The position numbers and the translations under genes were made by a program. From IMG/VR virus record IMGVR_UViG_2894708747_000001: a stretch of DNA of 64,000 nt; one strand, given 5' to 3'. The notes under the pieces are model-generated. The model was not told the DNA's origin and did no database searches. It saw nothing but the letters and a program-made list of their open reading frames with translations. The first letter of the stretch is position 1; each line of letters starts with the position of its first letter. The stretch comes from a virus. Lineage: Duplodnaviria; Caudoviricetes. This document shows positions 26,942 to 37,405 of this stretch, in pieces.

Positions 26942-27640
26942 ATGGGCCGTAGAAGTAATAGTTCTTATTTGATGTGGTTTGATCTAAACAGTTATTTACA
27001 TGATTTAGATCAGGCTTTAAAACCTGCTTTACGCCAGATTAGGGATCTTTTGGTGCAGGAAGCTAAACAAGCGGCAAATAGACTGCCTTTTAAAGATAGT
27101 CCTGTCAGGTTGGCGGGAGGCGGTGTTACTAGTGATCGTAAAAGGAAGCAGGCTTTAATAAATTCAATTGTTGGGGATAAGGTAAGTGAGTACCGTTATT
27201 ATGTTTTGCGTACTGCAGTAAAAGCAATGGTTAATAATTTCAAGAACTCTCACATTGGTATTTACTATGAGTTTGGTACAGGTGAAGCTGGTGATGATAT
27301 TCCTCCAAAATGGCGTGATTTAGAAGATCCAAACCCTGCTAGGACAGGGAAAAAGATTGTGTCTCGTGGTCGAGATGTGATGTATCGGTCTGGCCGTGTT
27401 CCTGGTGTATGGCGGGATATGGGTGGTAATATGCGGATAACTGGTTCTCGTTATGCGGGGGGTAGTGGCCCAAAGTTTAGAGAATATATTGGTGAAGATA
27501 TACTTGCTTATTATTGGTTTAGAAATGCTACGACTCATTTAAATGAAGAGGCATTACGAATTTTAAAAGAAGCTGTTAAAAAGGTGCATCCTGGTAAGTA
27601 TTTATCTTTACGCCCTGTTTTTGTGTTGGGTAAGGATTAG
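26942..27640 (+). CDS. putative neck/tail completion protein
   Basis: YYEFGTG motif as in HK97 gp10-like proteins. Confidence 0.6.
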   Translation: MGRRSNSSYLMWFDLNSYLHDLDQALKPALRQIRDLLVQEAKQAANRLPFKDSPVRLAGGGVTSDRKRKQALINSIVGDKVSEYRYYVLRTAVKAMVNNFKNSHIGIYYEFGTGEAGDDIPPKWRDLEDPNPARTGKKIVSRGRDVMYRSGRVPGVWRDMGGNMRITGSRYAGGSGPKFREYIGEDILAYYWFRNATTHLNEEALRILKEAVKKVHPGKYLSLRPVFVLGKD

Positions 27641-27652
27641 GGAGGTGGGGTT

Positions 27653-28090
27653 GTGTCAGTTGTTAATTTATATAATGGAATTTATAGGGTATTGGCTAAT
27701 GATGAACAGATATTAAATTATTTGGGGTTATCGTCAGCTTCTACTAATCTTGAAAAAGCTAAACATATCCAGAAAAGGTCAAAACCCCAGGATTTGGTGC
27801 AAAACCTTCCTTTAATAACTTTTTATTCTCCTGGGGGGTTTCGTGATAGTATTAATGATTATGTTTATGGTTCACGTTTTTTCTTTGATATTTATACCAG
27901 TGATGATGTAGAATTGGCCCAAAACATAGCGCAGAGAATATTAGATCTTTTTGAGGGTGAGATTCCTCCCTGGATGGGTGTGGAGAATTTTACCTGTCGG
28001 TTTGAGGATGGTCATGAGAGTGCTGTCGATCTTGCTAATATATACTGTTTTACTATTGAGGTAATAATGTTTATCTCCTTAGCCAAGTAG
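27653..28090 (+). CDS. putative tail terminator
   Basis: P-ITF, FDIYT motifs; precedes the tail tube. Confidence 0.65.
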   Translation: MSVVNLYNGIYRVLANDEQILNYLGLSSASTNLEKAKHIQKRSKPQDLVQNLPLITFYSPGGFRDSINDYVYGSRFFFDIYTSDDVELAQNIAQRILDLFEGEIPPWMGVENFTCRFEDGHESAVDLANIYCFTIEVIMFISLAK

Positions 28091-28194
28091 CTTGTTAAAC
28101 ATTAAAGAAGTTCGTCTAATCTATTTTCGTAGGTAAAGTTGATTGTACTATAATTGAAAATTAAATAATCTAAATAGTTAAGGAGTGACTAGAG

Positions 28195-29013
28195 ATGGCG
28201 AAGAAGATGATTATTAAAGGCGTGGGTACGTTTATGGCAAAACGCCTTGCCAAGAATGGTGGTATTGAAGTAATTACCCTGGGTACTTTGCAGAATTTGC
28301 GGATTAATTTTAATACTGAAATTGAAGATATTTTTGGCGGTGATGGGCTTTTCCCCATTGATAATCTTGTCAGGTCTAAAACGATTGAAATTACGGCTAC
28401 GGATGCCAAGTTTGATCTGGCCGCTTTGCAGTTGATGATGGGTTCCAGCATCAGGGAGGGAGTTAGTGAGACTCTGTGGGTTTTAGGTGAAGGTCAGACT
28501 GTTGCGGAGAAGATTGGTACGGTTACTGTTGGTTTTGTAGATTTGGATTTTGCATCTACTCTGGCTCCTGATCCTTCCTTTAGTGTGCGATTGAAGGATA
28601 CTAATAAACTTTTGACTCAGGTGCCTTATGCGGCGGATACTGCTCCTGAAGCTGACGAGTTTATGTTTGATGCGACTTCTAAGCAGTTGATTTTTAATCC
28701 CTCTCTTAAAGGGATGGATGTGGTAATTAATTATAAACGGCAGGATACTAATGTAGATGTTGCCGATATTTTGGTAGATGAGGTTCCTTTCCCTGTAAGT
28801 GTGGTTCATCACGGTTCGTTCCTACAAAAAGATGGTACTTATGCAGGTATCGAGACAGAATTGTATGCTTGCAGGGCGCGGGGTACGTTTGCTATTGATA
28901 CTCAGCGGGCGGCGGCTTCGGCCAGTGAGGTGTCGCTAGTAGTTATTGATCCTGAACGAGCTGATGGGAAGCTGGGTTCTGTGAAACTATATGCGGCTAC
29001 TTCGCATGTTTAA
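28195..29013 (+). CDS. major tail (tube) protein
   Basis: GVGTF, LGTLQ, GGDGLFP; precedes the chaperone and TMP. Confidence 0.8.
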   Translation: MAKKMIIKGVGTFMAKRLAKNGGIEVITLGTLQNLRINFNTEIEDIFGGDGLFPIDNLVRSKTIEITATDAKFDLAALQLMMGSSIREGVSETLWVLGEGQTVAEKIGTVTVGFVDLDFASTLAPDPSFSVRLKDTNKLLTQVPYAADTAPEADEFMFDATSKQLIFNPSLKGMDVVINYKRQDTNVDVADILVDEVPFPVSVVHHGSFLQKDGTYAGIETELYACRARGTFAIDTQRAAASASEVSLVVIDPERADGKLGSVKLYAATSHV

Positions 29014-29021
29014 TTGTGGTT

Positions 29022-29090
29022 AAAACTGGCAAGGTAATGAGTGGAAGCTAGGTTTCCCCCTGCCTAGTCCTTGCCTTGCCAGTTTTTCTT
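29022..29090 (+). terminator. long hairpin terminator or processing site
   Basis: AAAACTGGCAAGGTAA/TTGCCTTGCCAGTTTT 16-bp stem. Confidence 0.55.
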
Positions 29091-29174
29091 TAGGGGGTTT
29101 GTATAACAAATTAAAGAAAAAATATGACGAAATGTCTATATTAAATATAGTAAGGATAGAAGGGGGATTACATA

Positions 29175-29612
29175 ATGACGAAAGAAGAAAAAGAGCTGTT
29201 AGAAAAAGAACATGCAAGTAAAATGAACGCTCAAGCAGTAGAAAGGATAAAACAGGAAGCTCTAACTCAGGTGGAGGCGGAACGAATAGAGGCTGTATTT
29301 TTTGAAGATGATGCAGAAATTATGTTGCGAGATGGTAAGAAATACAAAATTCCTCCTGCCAGCTTGAGAGATGCAAGGAAATTAATGAAATTATTACGGT
29401 CGGTGAATGTAGATGCTATTATTTTAAATTTTGTACCTACGGATGACCCGCAAATAGATCAAAAGCGGGAACAGGATTTATTTGATATTTTATTACTGGC
29501 TTTTAAGTATTATCCTCATATTGATCGTGAATATCTTGACAGGTATGTGGATTTGGATACAGCCCGTAAGATAATAGATATTTTAATTGGGTTGAATGGT
29601 TTAAAAAAATAG
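29175..29612 (+). CDS. tail assembly chaperone (G)
   Basis: Between the tube and TMP genes; ends in GGT TTA AAA AAA TAG. Confidence 0.8.
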   Translation: MTKEEKELLEKEHASKMNAQAVERIKQEALTQVEAERIEAVFFEDDAEIMLRDGKKYKIPPASLRDARKLMKLLRSVNVDAIILNFVPTDDPQIDQKREQDLFDILLLAFKYYPHIDREYLDRYVDLDTARKIIDILIGLNGLKK

Positions 29613-29944
29613 AGCGGCGGGAGGGGGAGGATATTGAGGGAACAGAGATAAGGGATGAAGAAACAGACGAGCCTGTTCATTGGGGTGAGGTTTTCTTTAT
29701 TTTACACAAACATTGCCATCTTAATAAGTGGGAAATATGGAATTATACTCTCCCGCAAATTGTGGAGTTAATGAAGGCGGTAAATAGATATATTCGTTTT
29801 GAAGTGGAAACTAGGATGGCTCCATTAGGCATATTTGGGGGGCTTGGAGAGGATACAGTAATAAATAAAGATGTAGATAATGAGTACCAAGAAGCTACAG
29901 AAGAGGATATTATGGCGTTCGCCAGGGCTCTTGGTGGCGGTTAG
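29600..29944 (+). CDS. tail assembly chaperone -1 frameshift extension (GT)
   Basis: Slippery T TTA AAA at 29600-29606; the -1 frame is open (IERREG...WEIWNYTLPQI...) to TAG at 29944. Confidence 0.75.
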   Translation, partial: FKKIERREGEDIEGTEIRDEETDEPVHWGEVFFILHKHCHLNKWEIWNYTLPQIVELMKAVNRYIRFEVETRMAPLGIFGGLGEDTVINKDVDNEYQEATEEDIMAFARALGGG

Positions 29945-29983
29945 ACCGTTCTGGCTAAACTAAGGTCAGGACGGTATTTTTTT
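29945..29983 (+). terminator. intrinsic terminator
   Basis: ACCGTTCTGGCT/GGTCAGGACGGT followed by T7. Confidence 0.6.
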
Positions 29984-30001
29984 GTAAGAAGGTGATAAAG
30001 G

Positions 30002-33000
30002 ATGACTGATCAAATCATAAGCGGAGAAGATTATTCTTTAAAGACACAGATATTAATGGATTTTTCTAGTGCAATTAAAGAAGCAGGAGCTTTTGCAGAT
30101 CAAGTTTCGGATATTGCTACTGCTTTTAGCAATATGTCAAGAGATGTAAAAAATATTAATCTTAAAGTGGCTGATTTAATTAAAGCGGAAATTACTAAGT
30201 GGAATGAGAGCGCGTTATTTGGTAATAAGTTTGATATTGGCAAGACTATTAAAGAAAAAGTGGAGAGGGCTATTGCAACTAATATTGCGAAACGTGATGT
30301 CACTATTACAGGTGGGGCGGGTGAACCGATTCAATTTGCTTTACGTGATAGTGACGTAAGGAAGATAAATACAAAAGTAACGAAAGCCATTCAAGAAGCT
30401 CTTTCTAAATTAGAAATTCAGCCCTTTAATTTACCTGCTTTTCAATTGACGGATCGCCATACAAAACAAATTCAAGCGGAATTTGTTAATAAATTATCGC
30501 AGGCGATAAATGAAGGCATAAATTTTGTTTGGGAGGGGGATAAAAAAAAGAGTTTTTCCCTGACAGTAACTTCGGAGAATATGCAGGCTATGCTGGACGC
30601 CTTTAAGACGAAGTTTTTGTCTTTAATTTCTAATCCTGCCTTTTTTACGTTTGCTGATGTTGAACCTGTAAAAATTGATGTCAGTAAAATGACTGCGGTG
30701 TTAAATAAGATAAGGGATTCTCTAGGTGATATAGATAAGCATTTAAATATTGATTTTGAAGAGTTGCGGAAGCTACCTAATATTGATAAGTCCCTAGCAA
30801 AATTTAGGGAGCATATTCAGATTGTAGTGGCGGAGATTGCTGATATAAATAAGAAAATCAGCGGTCTTTCTACTGGTGTTGATGTGGGCGGGCTCCAGCA
30901 GGTGGGCCAGCAGATTGCGACTTTACGGACGACAATTATTACTAAAATTGGGCAATTATTAAAGGAAATTACTCAACAGGTGGCGACTATACCCGCAGGC
31001 ACTATTGAACAGGCTAAGTACCAGGCGGCTATTGGCAATATTGGCGTGGTATTGAATAACTATGTCCTGGCTCAGATTGATGGGATTATGAAATCGCTGT
31101 TGACGGCGGCGGGGGCGCAACTTGTGAAAGTGCAGGGGAAGGATGTTTATGTAGCTGGTATGAAGCAGTTACAGGAGCGTTTGGTGGCCGCTACTAAGGA
31201 GGCTTTGAAGGGAATTGATTTTAGTAAGTTGGGGATAGATGTAGCCCCTCTACAAAAAATGTTGGATGATTGGAGTGATTCTATAGCTAAAGCCTTACAA
31301 GAGCGGGTGGTGGGGTCGGTAACAAAACTTACTGATGCAATTTTAAGGCTTCAAGGAAGTATAGAGATAAATGTATTTAATTTTATCAATGATTTGGAAA
31401 AGGGTGTGGAAGAATGGTTTAAAAGTCATTCTGATTATAGTGGAATGATACGAGGACAAGATATAGTTGATTATCTTATACCTCGTGTGCAACAAGGTAT
31501 TTTAGATATAATTACCAGTATGGTTCCTGTTTTTGATGCTGGGAAAAAGATACAGGTAACAATACCGTCTGAAGTAATAGAAAAAATCCAAGAAAGTATA
31601 TACGATGTAGTGTTGCAAGAAATAAAGTTAGTGCAAACTACTCCTAAACAGGGTACTAAAAGTGGCATCCAAGAGTTAATTAAGAAGGAGACGGAGAAAC
31701 TAGCGCAACTCCTTATAGAGAGAGCACGGAATATTTTTACGGCCTTAATAGAAGGGGTGTCGGCGGGGAGTTTTATGGTTCTTTCTGCCGAAGAACAGGC
31801 CCAGGTGCAGGCTGGTTTACAGAAGAGTGCGAGAGAAATTATTAATAGTTATCTAGTTGCTCTTCAGAGGGGTTTGGGGACACTAGTAGTTTCGCAGGAG
31901 GTTATCTATCACGTTCAGAGTGAAATGCAACAAGCCGTTGATAAGGCGGTGCAGAAGGTAAAGTTCGAGGTAGGTGAGTTTACTTTAGATATAAATAGCA
32001 TCATTAAAAAAGTGGTTAAAATTGTTGAGGATGCATTGAAGAAAAGTTTAGCTACTTTAGATGTAGGTGTGCCGCAGTGGAATTTAAATATTAATTCTCT
32101 TATTATCCAACCCATTCAACAGGGGTTGCGGCGTTTGTTTGTCGATTTAGGGAAAGAGATAAAGGAACAGTTGGCTATTTCTGTTAAAGGGGAAAATATG
32201 GTAGCACCCGTTAATTTTACGGAGTTATTAATGCCTGTGAATAAGGTTATTAATAATTATTTGCGTGATTATATTAAAACCGTTGTAGGGGTTATAAAAT
32301 CTACGGATAGGATGGCTTCTTTCCAGGCGGTAACTGGTGCTTTGCATCCTGAAGTGCGGCGGGCACTAGCGGCTGAAGCTGAAATGTCGGTGCGGGCGTT
32401 CCAGCGGGCTAATCCCCTGCTTCAGGGAGAAGAGTTCTTGCAAAAAATTATGCGTGAGAATATTAATGCTATCTTTAAGCGTTTCCATGCTGTTTTAACG
32501 AAGAGTGCTACGCAGATTGTAAAAGAATATCAGCAAGCATTGGGAGAAGTGGAAGTAAAGCCTAACTTGGAGGCAGTTTGGGACTTAACACGGAAAATGA
32601 CAGCTTTGCAAGACGCTATTGCGAAAAAAGTAAAGGAGTTGCTGGATGCTCAATTTAAGGCTTTAATGACTGAGATTAAGGAATTAAAGTTATACCCTGC
32701 TAGTATCGGTGCTTATGTTCCTCCTGCTTCTGTTAGACGCAGTGTTGAGAGTACAGCTCGTGGGATGGCTCGTTCTGTGAGTAGTGGACGGGGTGCTTTC
32801 CCTGTCCAGGAAAGGGTTTATGCGGCACCTTATTCCAATATTTTTAGTGAGGGCAGGGGCAGATCGCGTTATATTACTCCTGGTGGAGATACACGGACTT
32901 TTGTGGGTTCAGTAATCAATACGATGCGGTATATTACAGCAGGTATGTTAATGGGTATTCCGATGGGTCTGGTGTATAGTGCTTGGGAATCGGCGCGGCA

Positions 33001-36000
33001 GTTTGATTATGATTTGAAGAAGGCCGAAACTAATCTTTTAGCTAAAGAAGAGAATATTTTAAAATTGGCGGAAGAAAGGGTTAAACTTCGTTATGAGCAA
33101 GCGAGTCGTTTGGGGGATTATGGTATTACTGCCCGACAGTATAATAATGAGGTGGAACGCAGGCGTCTGGTAGAGGAAGAAGTGGCACGGATTCGTAATC
33201 TGGCGGGTCGTGGGGCGGTACGGCCTTTACAGGACATTGCTTTAAATTTCGGTATTAATCAAGAAGAGATGGGAAGAGTATGGGAAATTACCACTAGGCG
33301 GGTGGATAATCCTTATGAGGCTTTAAGTCTTTCTAGGAGTGCGGCGAAGATTTACGCCTATGAGCGAGAGGAATTAACGCCTGAAGAGGCCGCTAAAGGC
33401 ATGGAAGCAATTGCCTCTCAGTGGGGTTTGCGCGGGCAGGATATGGATCGTGTCGCTAATATGCTGATTAAAGCAGGTTTGTTATCTCAGGCTTCGGTGA
33501 AAGATTTGTTGCAGGCCCAGGCACGGTCTGGTATTACTTTTGCTCAAAATATGCCTGGGATTCCCAAGAGCGAAGCCTTGGCAACTTCCCTGGTGTTGCA
33601 GTCGCTTTTTACTCAAACTACGGCACGTACAGGTAGTGAGGCAGGCACTTTCTGGCGGACTGTTTTTGAAGCTCCTTTTAGAGCAAACGAAGCAAAGTTT
33701 TTGGAGCAAATGGCGGAGAGTAATCCTGCCCTGGCAATGCTGTCTCCATTTAAGAAAATTAAGCAGGATGATGGGACTTATAGGCGTATTCAAAAAACTG
33801 GGTTGGAGATGTTTTTAGATATTGTGGAGGCGGCTAGGAAATTGGACGATCAGAGTAGGATTGAATTATTAAATAAGGTGTATAAAACCAGGTATACGGC
33901 TAGTGCTGAGGCGATCCAGGCTTTAATAGAAGATATAGATAAATTGACAGGTTATCCTGACTTACGGTCGTACATTAAAGATGTGGAGAATGTTACTCCT
34001 GAAGAGGCTTTTCAGGCTATTGCAGGAAAGATGGATACCTATGAGTTTCAGCGTCAGCGTGCGTTGACTATGTGGCAAATATCAACGTTTGGAGTCTTTG
34101 AGAGTCTAAAACCACAGTTTAGTTCTTTAATAACTTATTTAACGGCTTTTTTACGGGTTATTCGAGATAACGCTGACAAAGTAGCTAGTGTATTGTCCAT
34201 TGTTAGTAAGATTGCAGTGGGGTTAGGTATAAAGTTTTTTATGGGTAAAGGTCAAAGTTTTGTAGATAGGTTTAATCAGCGACAGCTACAAAAATCCTAT
34301 GCTACCAATATGGGTTGGTTGGAAGAAGAAGCCTATATTCAAAGGCTTAAAAAGTTATCTGTAATGGATGAAATGGCTTATTGGGAACGGCAAGGGAGAG
34401 AAATTGAGATTGAAAAGACTAAGCTGGCTACTCCTATTAGTAAAGCTAAACGCCGACAAGATATTGTAAAAAATAGATTAGAGCAGGCTAAACATATTTA
34501 TAATGAAATGCTGGCGGAGGGGGCAGATTCTAGTCAATTGGCTTTACAGCAACAAAGAATAGATAAGTTGCAAAAAGCCTACGATCATTTTACGCAAACT
34601 TTGGATAAATATAATAATATAATGGCGGAATTGGAGGCGAAGCAGGCTGGTTATAATCGTCAAATAGAAAAATTAACTCAGGAGATGGCAGAAGTAGATA
34701 AGGAAGCGGTTGATTTACAAAAACGAATGGTTTTATTAGATACGGCTTTTGCGGATATGGGTTTGCGTGGTAAGCAGGTGATCTCTGCCTACCATCTTTT
34801 GAGTAAGGAATTTAAGACAGGAGCAATGGACATTGAGCGGTTTGAGAGAGCTTTACAGGAATTAGCAAGGGTATCAGGACTTTCAGAAGGGAGATTAAAT
34901 TCTTTACGCCAGGACGTGGATGCTCTGGTGAAGGAATTTAAAGAGGGCAAGATGACAGCCGAGGCTTTTTCCCGCGAGATCAGGCAGTTAGAGCGCAATT
35001 ACCGCCTCGGTGATTTGGGAGCGATTGAGGGTAAAGCGGTAGCTGAATTAAAGGGTGTTAATTTACTTGATGCTGTAATTGCAGGTTCTTTGTTTGGTAA
35101 ACAGATGCGCCAGCCGCAAACGGCCCAGGCCATGCTTGGAGAAATCGGAGGGCAGGCGGGTAGCGCATACGCTAAATACGCTGGTATTTTGGCGGGTATT
35201 CCCCTTCTGGCTAAGATGGGCGGCTTTTTGGGTAATTTGTTCGGTAAAGGTAAAGCTCTAGTTACGGGGGAAGGAGCTATTGCTAAAGGTATAGGAACGT
35301 TGGGTCGTGTTGGTGGTAAGATAGCGGGCAAGCTGAGTATTGGTGGTAAGTTTTTAGGTGGCCCCATAGGGTGGGGCCTAGCGGCGATGGAAATACTAGG
35401 TAATCCCCTAGCTTCCAGTATTTTATCTCCTGGGGAGCGGTTGCAGGAAGAGGCCAATCAAGAGGAGCAAATGATTAAACGTTTCCAGAATATAAGGGAT
35501 GCAGGCTGGTTGCCGAAGATTGTTTTTGGTGCTTTTGAGGCTATTAATACTCTTACGGGAGGTCTTTCGCGTCTATTTGGTGGTACTACCCCTTCTTTTA
35601 GTGAATATGGACAGGCGTGGAAGGCTCTGTTATCAGGGGAGGATGATTTACAAACTTACTTAACGGAACGGTTAGGAGTAGCGCAGAAAAAAGGGCGTGC
35701 GTTAGCTTTAATACAAGAAGAACAGGAGCGGTATTTACGTGAGAATCCGACATTAGATTTAAACGGTGATGGTTTGCGGGAAGATACTTCTAAGACAGAT
35801 TGGCGTGAGGTAACTTCCTTTGAAGAAGGACAGCAAATGCTGTCATTGATCAATGAACGGTTGAATATGAAACTGGCCGAGTTAAACTCGGAGTTTGAGA
35901 TTAAAAAATCGGAGTTACTGCGGGCTGGTTTTAGAGAAGATTCTGATCGTTTACGGAATTTAATGGCAGGGTTTCTTCGTTCTAATATTGAAGCGTTAGA

Positions 36001-36742
36001 GGAAGCAGTAAAACAGATTCAAGAAAGGAAGAGGTTATTAGAGGAAGCTAATCCTAACACTTATAAGGATAATGAGGCGTGGCAGGCCCTACATTTGGCG
36101 GAATTGCAACATCAGGCTACTATTGCTCAACAGCGGTTGCAACTTTCGCAGACAGAATTTTCCGAAGTAGATGAGATTACGAGTAAACTGGAACGGGAAC
36201 GTCAGCTTATTCAGGCGGAGTATAGTATTAAGCGAGGGAAAGCGATTTTAGGGGGAGCGCAGGAAGATTCGTGGACGGTTCGCTCTATAGAGCGGGCACA
36301 AGTAGAGCAGGAGAATAGGAAGATTGCTACAGCTATTACCGAATTGCAGAATTTAATGCAGAGGTATGCTGAAGGAGATGCGCGGCGGGAGCAGATATGG
36401 TTACAGATAAAACAATTACAAGCAGAATCTACAGATAATTTGGTTAAAATTAGAAAAGCTCTACCGTCTCAGGGTACATTTAATCTGCCCCCTGAAATTA
36501 AACCGTTAACCTACTGGGAGGCTAAAACCTTAACGAATAATTATCGTAATATGACTTACCGTCAAGGTGATGTGATTGTAAATCTAAATATTGATAATAT
36601 GAGTGGTTCACCTAGCGATGTTCAAAAAATATCAGAAGTGGTAGCGAAAACAATAAGAGATACCCAGGCTGGTTTGACTGGTTTGTTGTGGCAACAGGTG
36701 AAAAGCGGTATTGGCAGTAATTATCGGCCTTTACTACCGTAA
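30002..36742 (+). CDS. tape measure protein
   Basis: 2246 aa, helical/coiled coil, TMP core (GSEAGTFWRT), GGPIGWG motif, position after the chaperones. Confidence 0.9.
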   Translation: MTDQIISGEDYSLKTQILMDFSSAIKEAGAFADQVSDIATAFSNMSRDVKNINLKVADLIKAEITKWNESALFGNKFDIGKTIKEKVERAIATNIAKRDVTITGGAGEPIQFALRDSDVRKINTKVTKAIQEALSKLEIQPFNLPAFQLTDRHTKQIQAEFVNKLSQAINEGINFVWEGDKKKSFSLTVTSENMQAMLDAFKTKFLSLISNPAFFTFADVEPVKIDVSKMTAVLNKIRDSLGDIDKHLNIDFEELRKLPNIDKSLAKFREHIQIVVAEIADINKKISGLSTGVDVGGLQQVGQQIATLRTTIITKIGQLLKEITQQVATIPAGTIEQAKYQAAIGNIGVVLNNYVLAQIDGIMKSLLTAAGAQLVKVQGKDVYVAGMKQLQERLVAATKEALKGIDFSKLGIDVAPLQKMLDDWSDSIAKALQERVVGSVTKLTDAILRLQGSIEINVFNFINDLEKGVEEWFKSHSDYSGMIRGQDIVDYLIPRVQQGILDIITSMVPVFDAGKKIQVTIPSEVIEKIQESIYDVVLQEIKLVQTTPKQGTKSGIQELIKKETEKLAQLLIERARNIFTALIEGVSAGSFMVLSAEEQAQVQAGLQKSAREIINSYLVALQRGLGTLVVSQEVIYHVQSEMQQAVDKAVQKVKFEVGEFTLDINSIIKKVVKIVEDALKKSLATLDVGVPQWNLNINSLIIQPIQQGLRRLFVDLGKEIKEQLAISVKGENMVAPVNFTELLMPVNKVINNYLRDYIKTVVGVIKSTDRMASFQAVTGALHPEVRRALAAEAEMSVRAFQRANPLLQGEEFLQKIMRENINAIFKRFHAVLTKSATQIVKEYQQALGEVEVKPNLEAVWDLTRKMTALQDAIAKKVKELLDAQFKALMTEIKELKLYPASIGAYVPPASVRRSVESTARGMARSVSSGRGAFPVQERVYAAPYSNIFSEGRGRSRYITPGGDTRTFVGSVINTMRYITAGMLMGIPMGLVYSAWESARQFDYDLKKAETNLLAKEENILKLAEERVKLRYEQASRLGDYGITARQYNNEVERRRLVEEEVARIRNLAGRGAVRPLQDIALNFGINQEEMGRVWEITTRRVDNPYEALSLSRSAAKIYAYEREELTPEEAAKGMEAIASQWGLRGQDMDRVANMLIKAGLLSQASVKDLLQAQARSGITFAQNMPGIPKSEALATSLVLQSLFTQTTARTGSEAGTFWRTVFEAPFRANEAKFLEQMAESNPALAMLSPFKKIKQDDGTYRRIQKTGLEMFLDIVEAARKLDDQSRIELLNKVYKTRYTASAEAIQALIEDIDKLTGYPDLRSYIKDVENVTPEEAFQAIAGKMDTYEFQRQRALTMWQISTFGVFESLKPQFSSLITYLTAFLRVIRDNADKVASVLSIVSKIAVGLGIKFFMGKGQSFVDRFNQRQLQKSYATNMGWLEEEAYIQRLKKLSVMDEMAYWERQGREIEIEKTKLATPISKAKRRQDIVKNRLEQAKHIYNEMLAEGADSSQLALQQQRIDKLQKAYDHFTQTLDKYNNIMAELEAKQAGYNRQIEKLTQEMAEVDKEAVDLQKRMVLLDTAFADMGLRGKQVISAYHLLSKEFKTGAMDIERFERALQELARVSGLSEGRLNSLRQDVDALVKEFKEGKMTAEAFSREIRQLERNYRLGDLGAIEGKAVAELKGVNLLDAVIAGSLFGKQMRQPQTAQAMLGEIGGQAGSAYAKYAGILAGIPLLAKMGGFLGNLFGKGKALVTGEGAIAKGIGTLGRVGGKIAGKLSIGGKFLGGPIGWGLAAMEILGNPLASSILSPGERLQEEANQEEQMIKRFQNIRDAGWLPKIVFGAFEAINTLTGGLSRLFGGTTPSFSEYGQAWKALLSGEDDLQTYLTERLGVAQKKGRALALIQEEQERYLRENPTLDLNGDGLREDTSKTDWREVTSFEEGQQMLSLINERLNMKLAELNSEFEIKKSELLRAGFREDSDRLRNLMAGFLRSNIEALEEAVKQIQERKRLLEEANPNTYKDNEAWQALHLAELQHQATIAQQRLQLSQTEFSEVDEITSKLERERQLIQAEYSIKRGKAILGGAQEDSWTVRSIERAQVEQENRKIATAITELQNLMQRYAEGDARREQIWLQIKQLQAESTDNLVKIRKALPSQGTFNLPPEIKPLTYWEAKTLTNNYRNMTYRQGDVIVNLNIDNMSGSPSDVQKISEVVAKTIRDTQAGLTGLLWQQVKSGIGSNYRPLLP

Positions 36743-36754
36743 GGAGGCTTTATT

Positions 36755-37366
36755 ATGACGCAACAATATCCATTTGGTTCGGCGAAGGATCGTTATAAAA
36801 AGAGGCTATTTGTAGATATGGGATTTGGTTATCAGGAGGTGGGGGCGCGATTAATTGAGCCCTATTCACCTCCTGTTCCTCAATTTAATGTTAAAGAGTT
36901 GACAGTTATTAATGGGCCTTCTCATATTCAAAATATGGGTATTTCTAGTTATAAAGCGCAGATAACGTTGTTGTTTGATGATAAAGAAGCCTATACTGAA
37001 TATCTCACTTATTGTGGTTGGACGCATAAATTTTATGATGAAAAGGGACATTTATACCTAGGTAGTGTTACTAGTATGAAGGTTTCGGTGTATGAAGCTA
37101 ATAGGCGGTATAAAGTAGAATTGGATATGATTTTAGTCAAAAAAGATGAATATGATCGTAAAAATAGGTTTAAGTACCAAGATATTGAAGGGCATTGGGC
37201 ACAGACGGAAATTGAAGAGATGGCTAATCTGGGTTTATTAGCAGTAATGACGAGGGATAACCAACCTATTCTTTATTTTCGACCTGATGCCTATGTAACC
37301 AGGGCTGAATTTATAGCCTTTTTAAATCGGACAAGGAGATTATTAGAACAAAGTATTAGGGAATAG
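36755..37366 (+). CDS. distal tail-like protein with C-terminal SLH domain
   Basis: YQDIEGHWAQTEI...FRPDAYVTRAEF. Confidence 0.75.
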   Translation: MTQQYPFGSAKDRYKKRLFVDMGFGYQEVGARLIEPYSPPVPQFNVKELTVINGPSHIQNMGISSYKAQITLLFDDKEAYTEYLTYCGWTHKFYDEKGHLYLGSVTSMKVSVYEANRRYKVELDMILVKKDEYDRKNRFKYQDIEGHWAQTEIEEMANLGLLAVMTRDNQPILYFRPDAYVTRAEFIAFLNRTRRLLEQSIRE

Positions 37367-37405
37367 GTCTTTCCTACCTATTCCTTTACCTATACTAAAG
37401 GTGAG

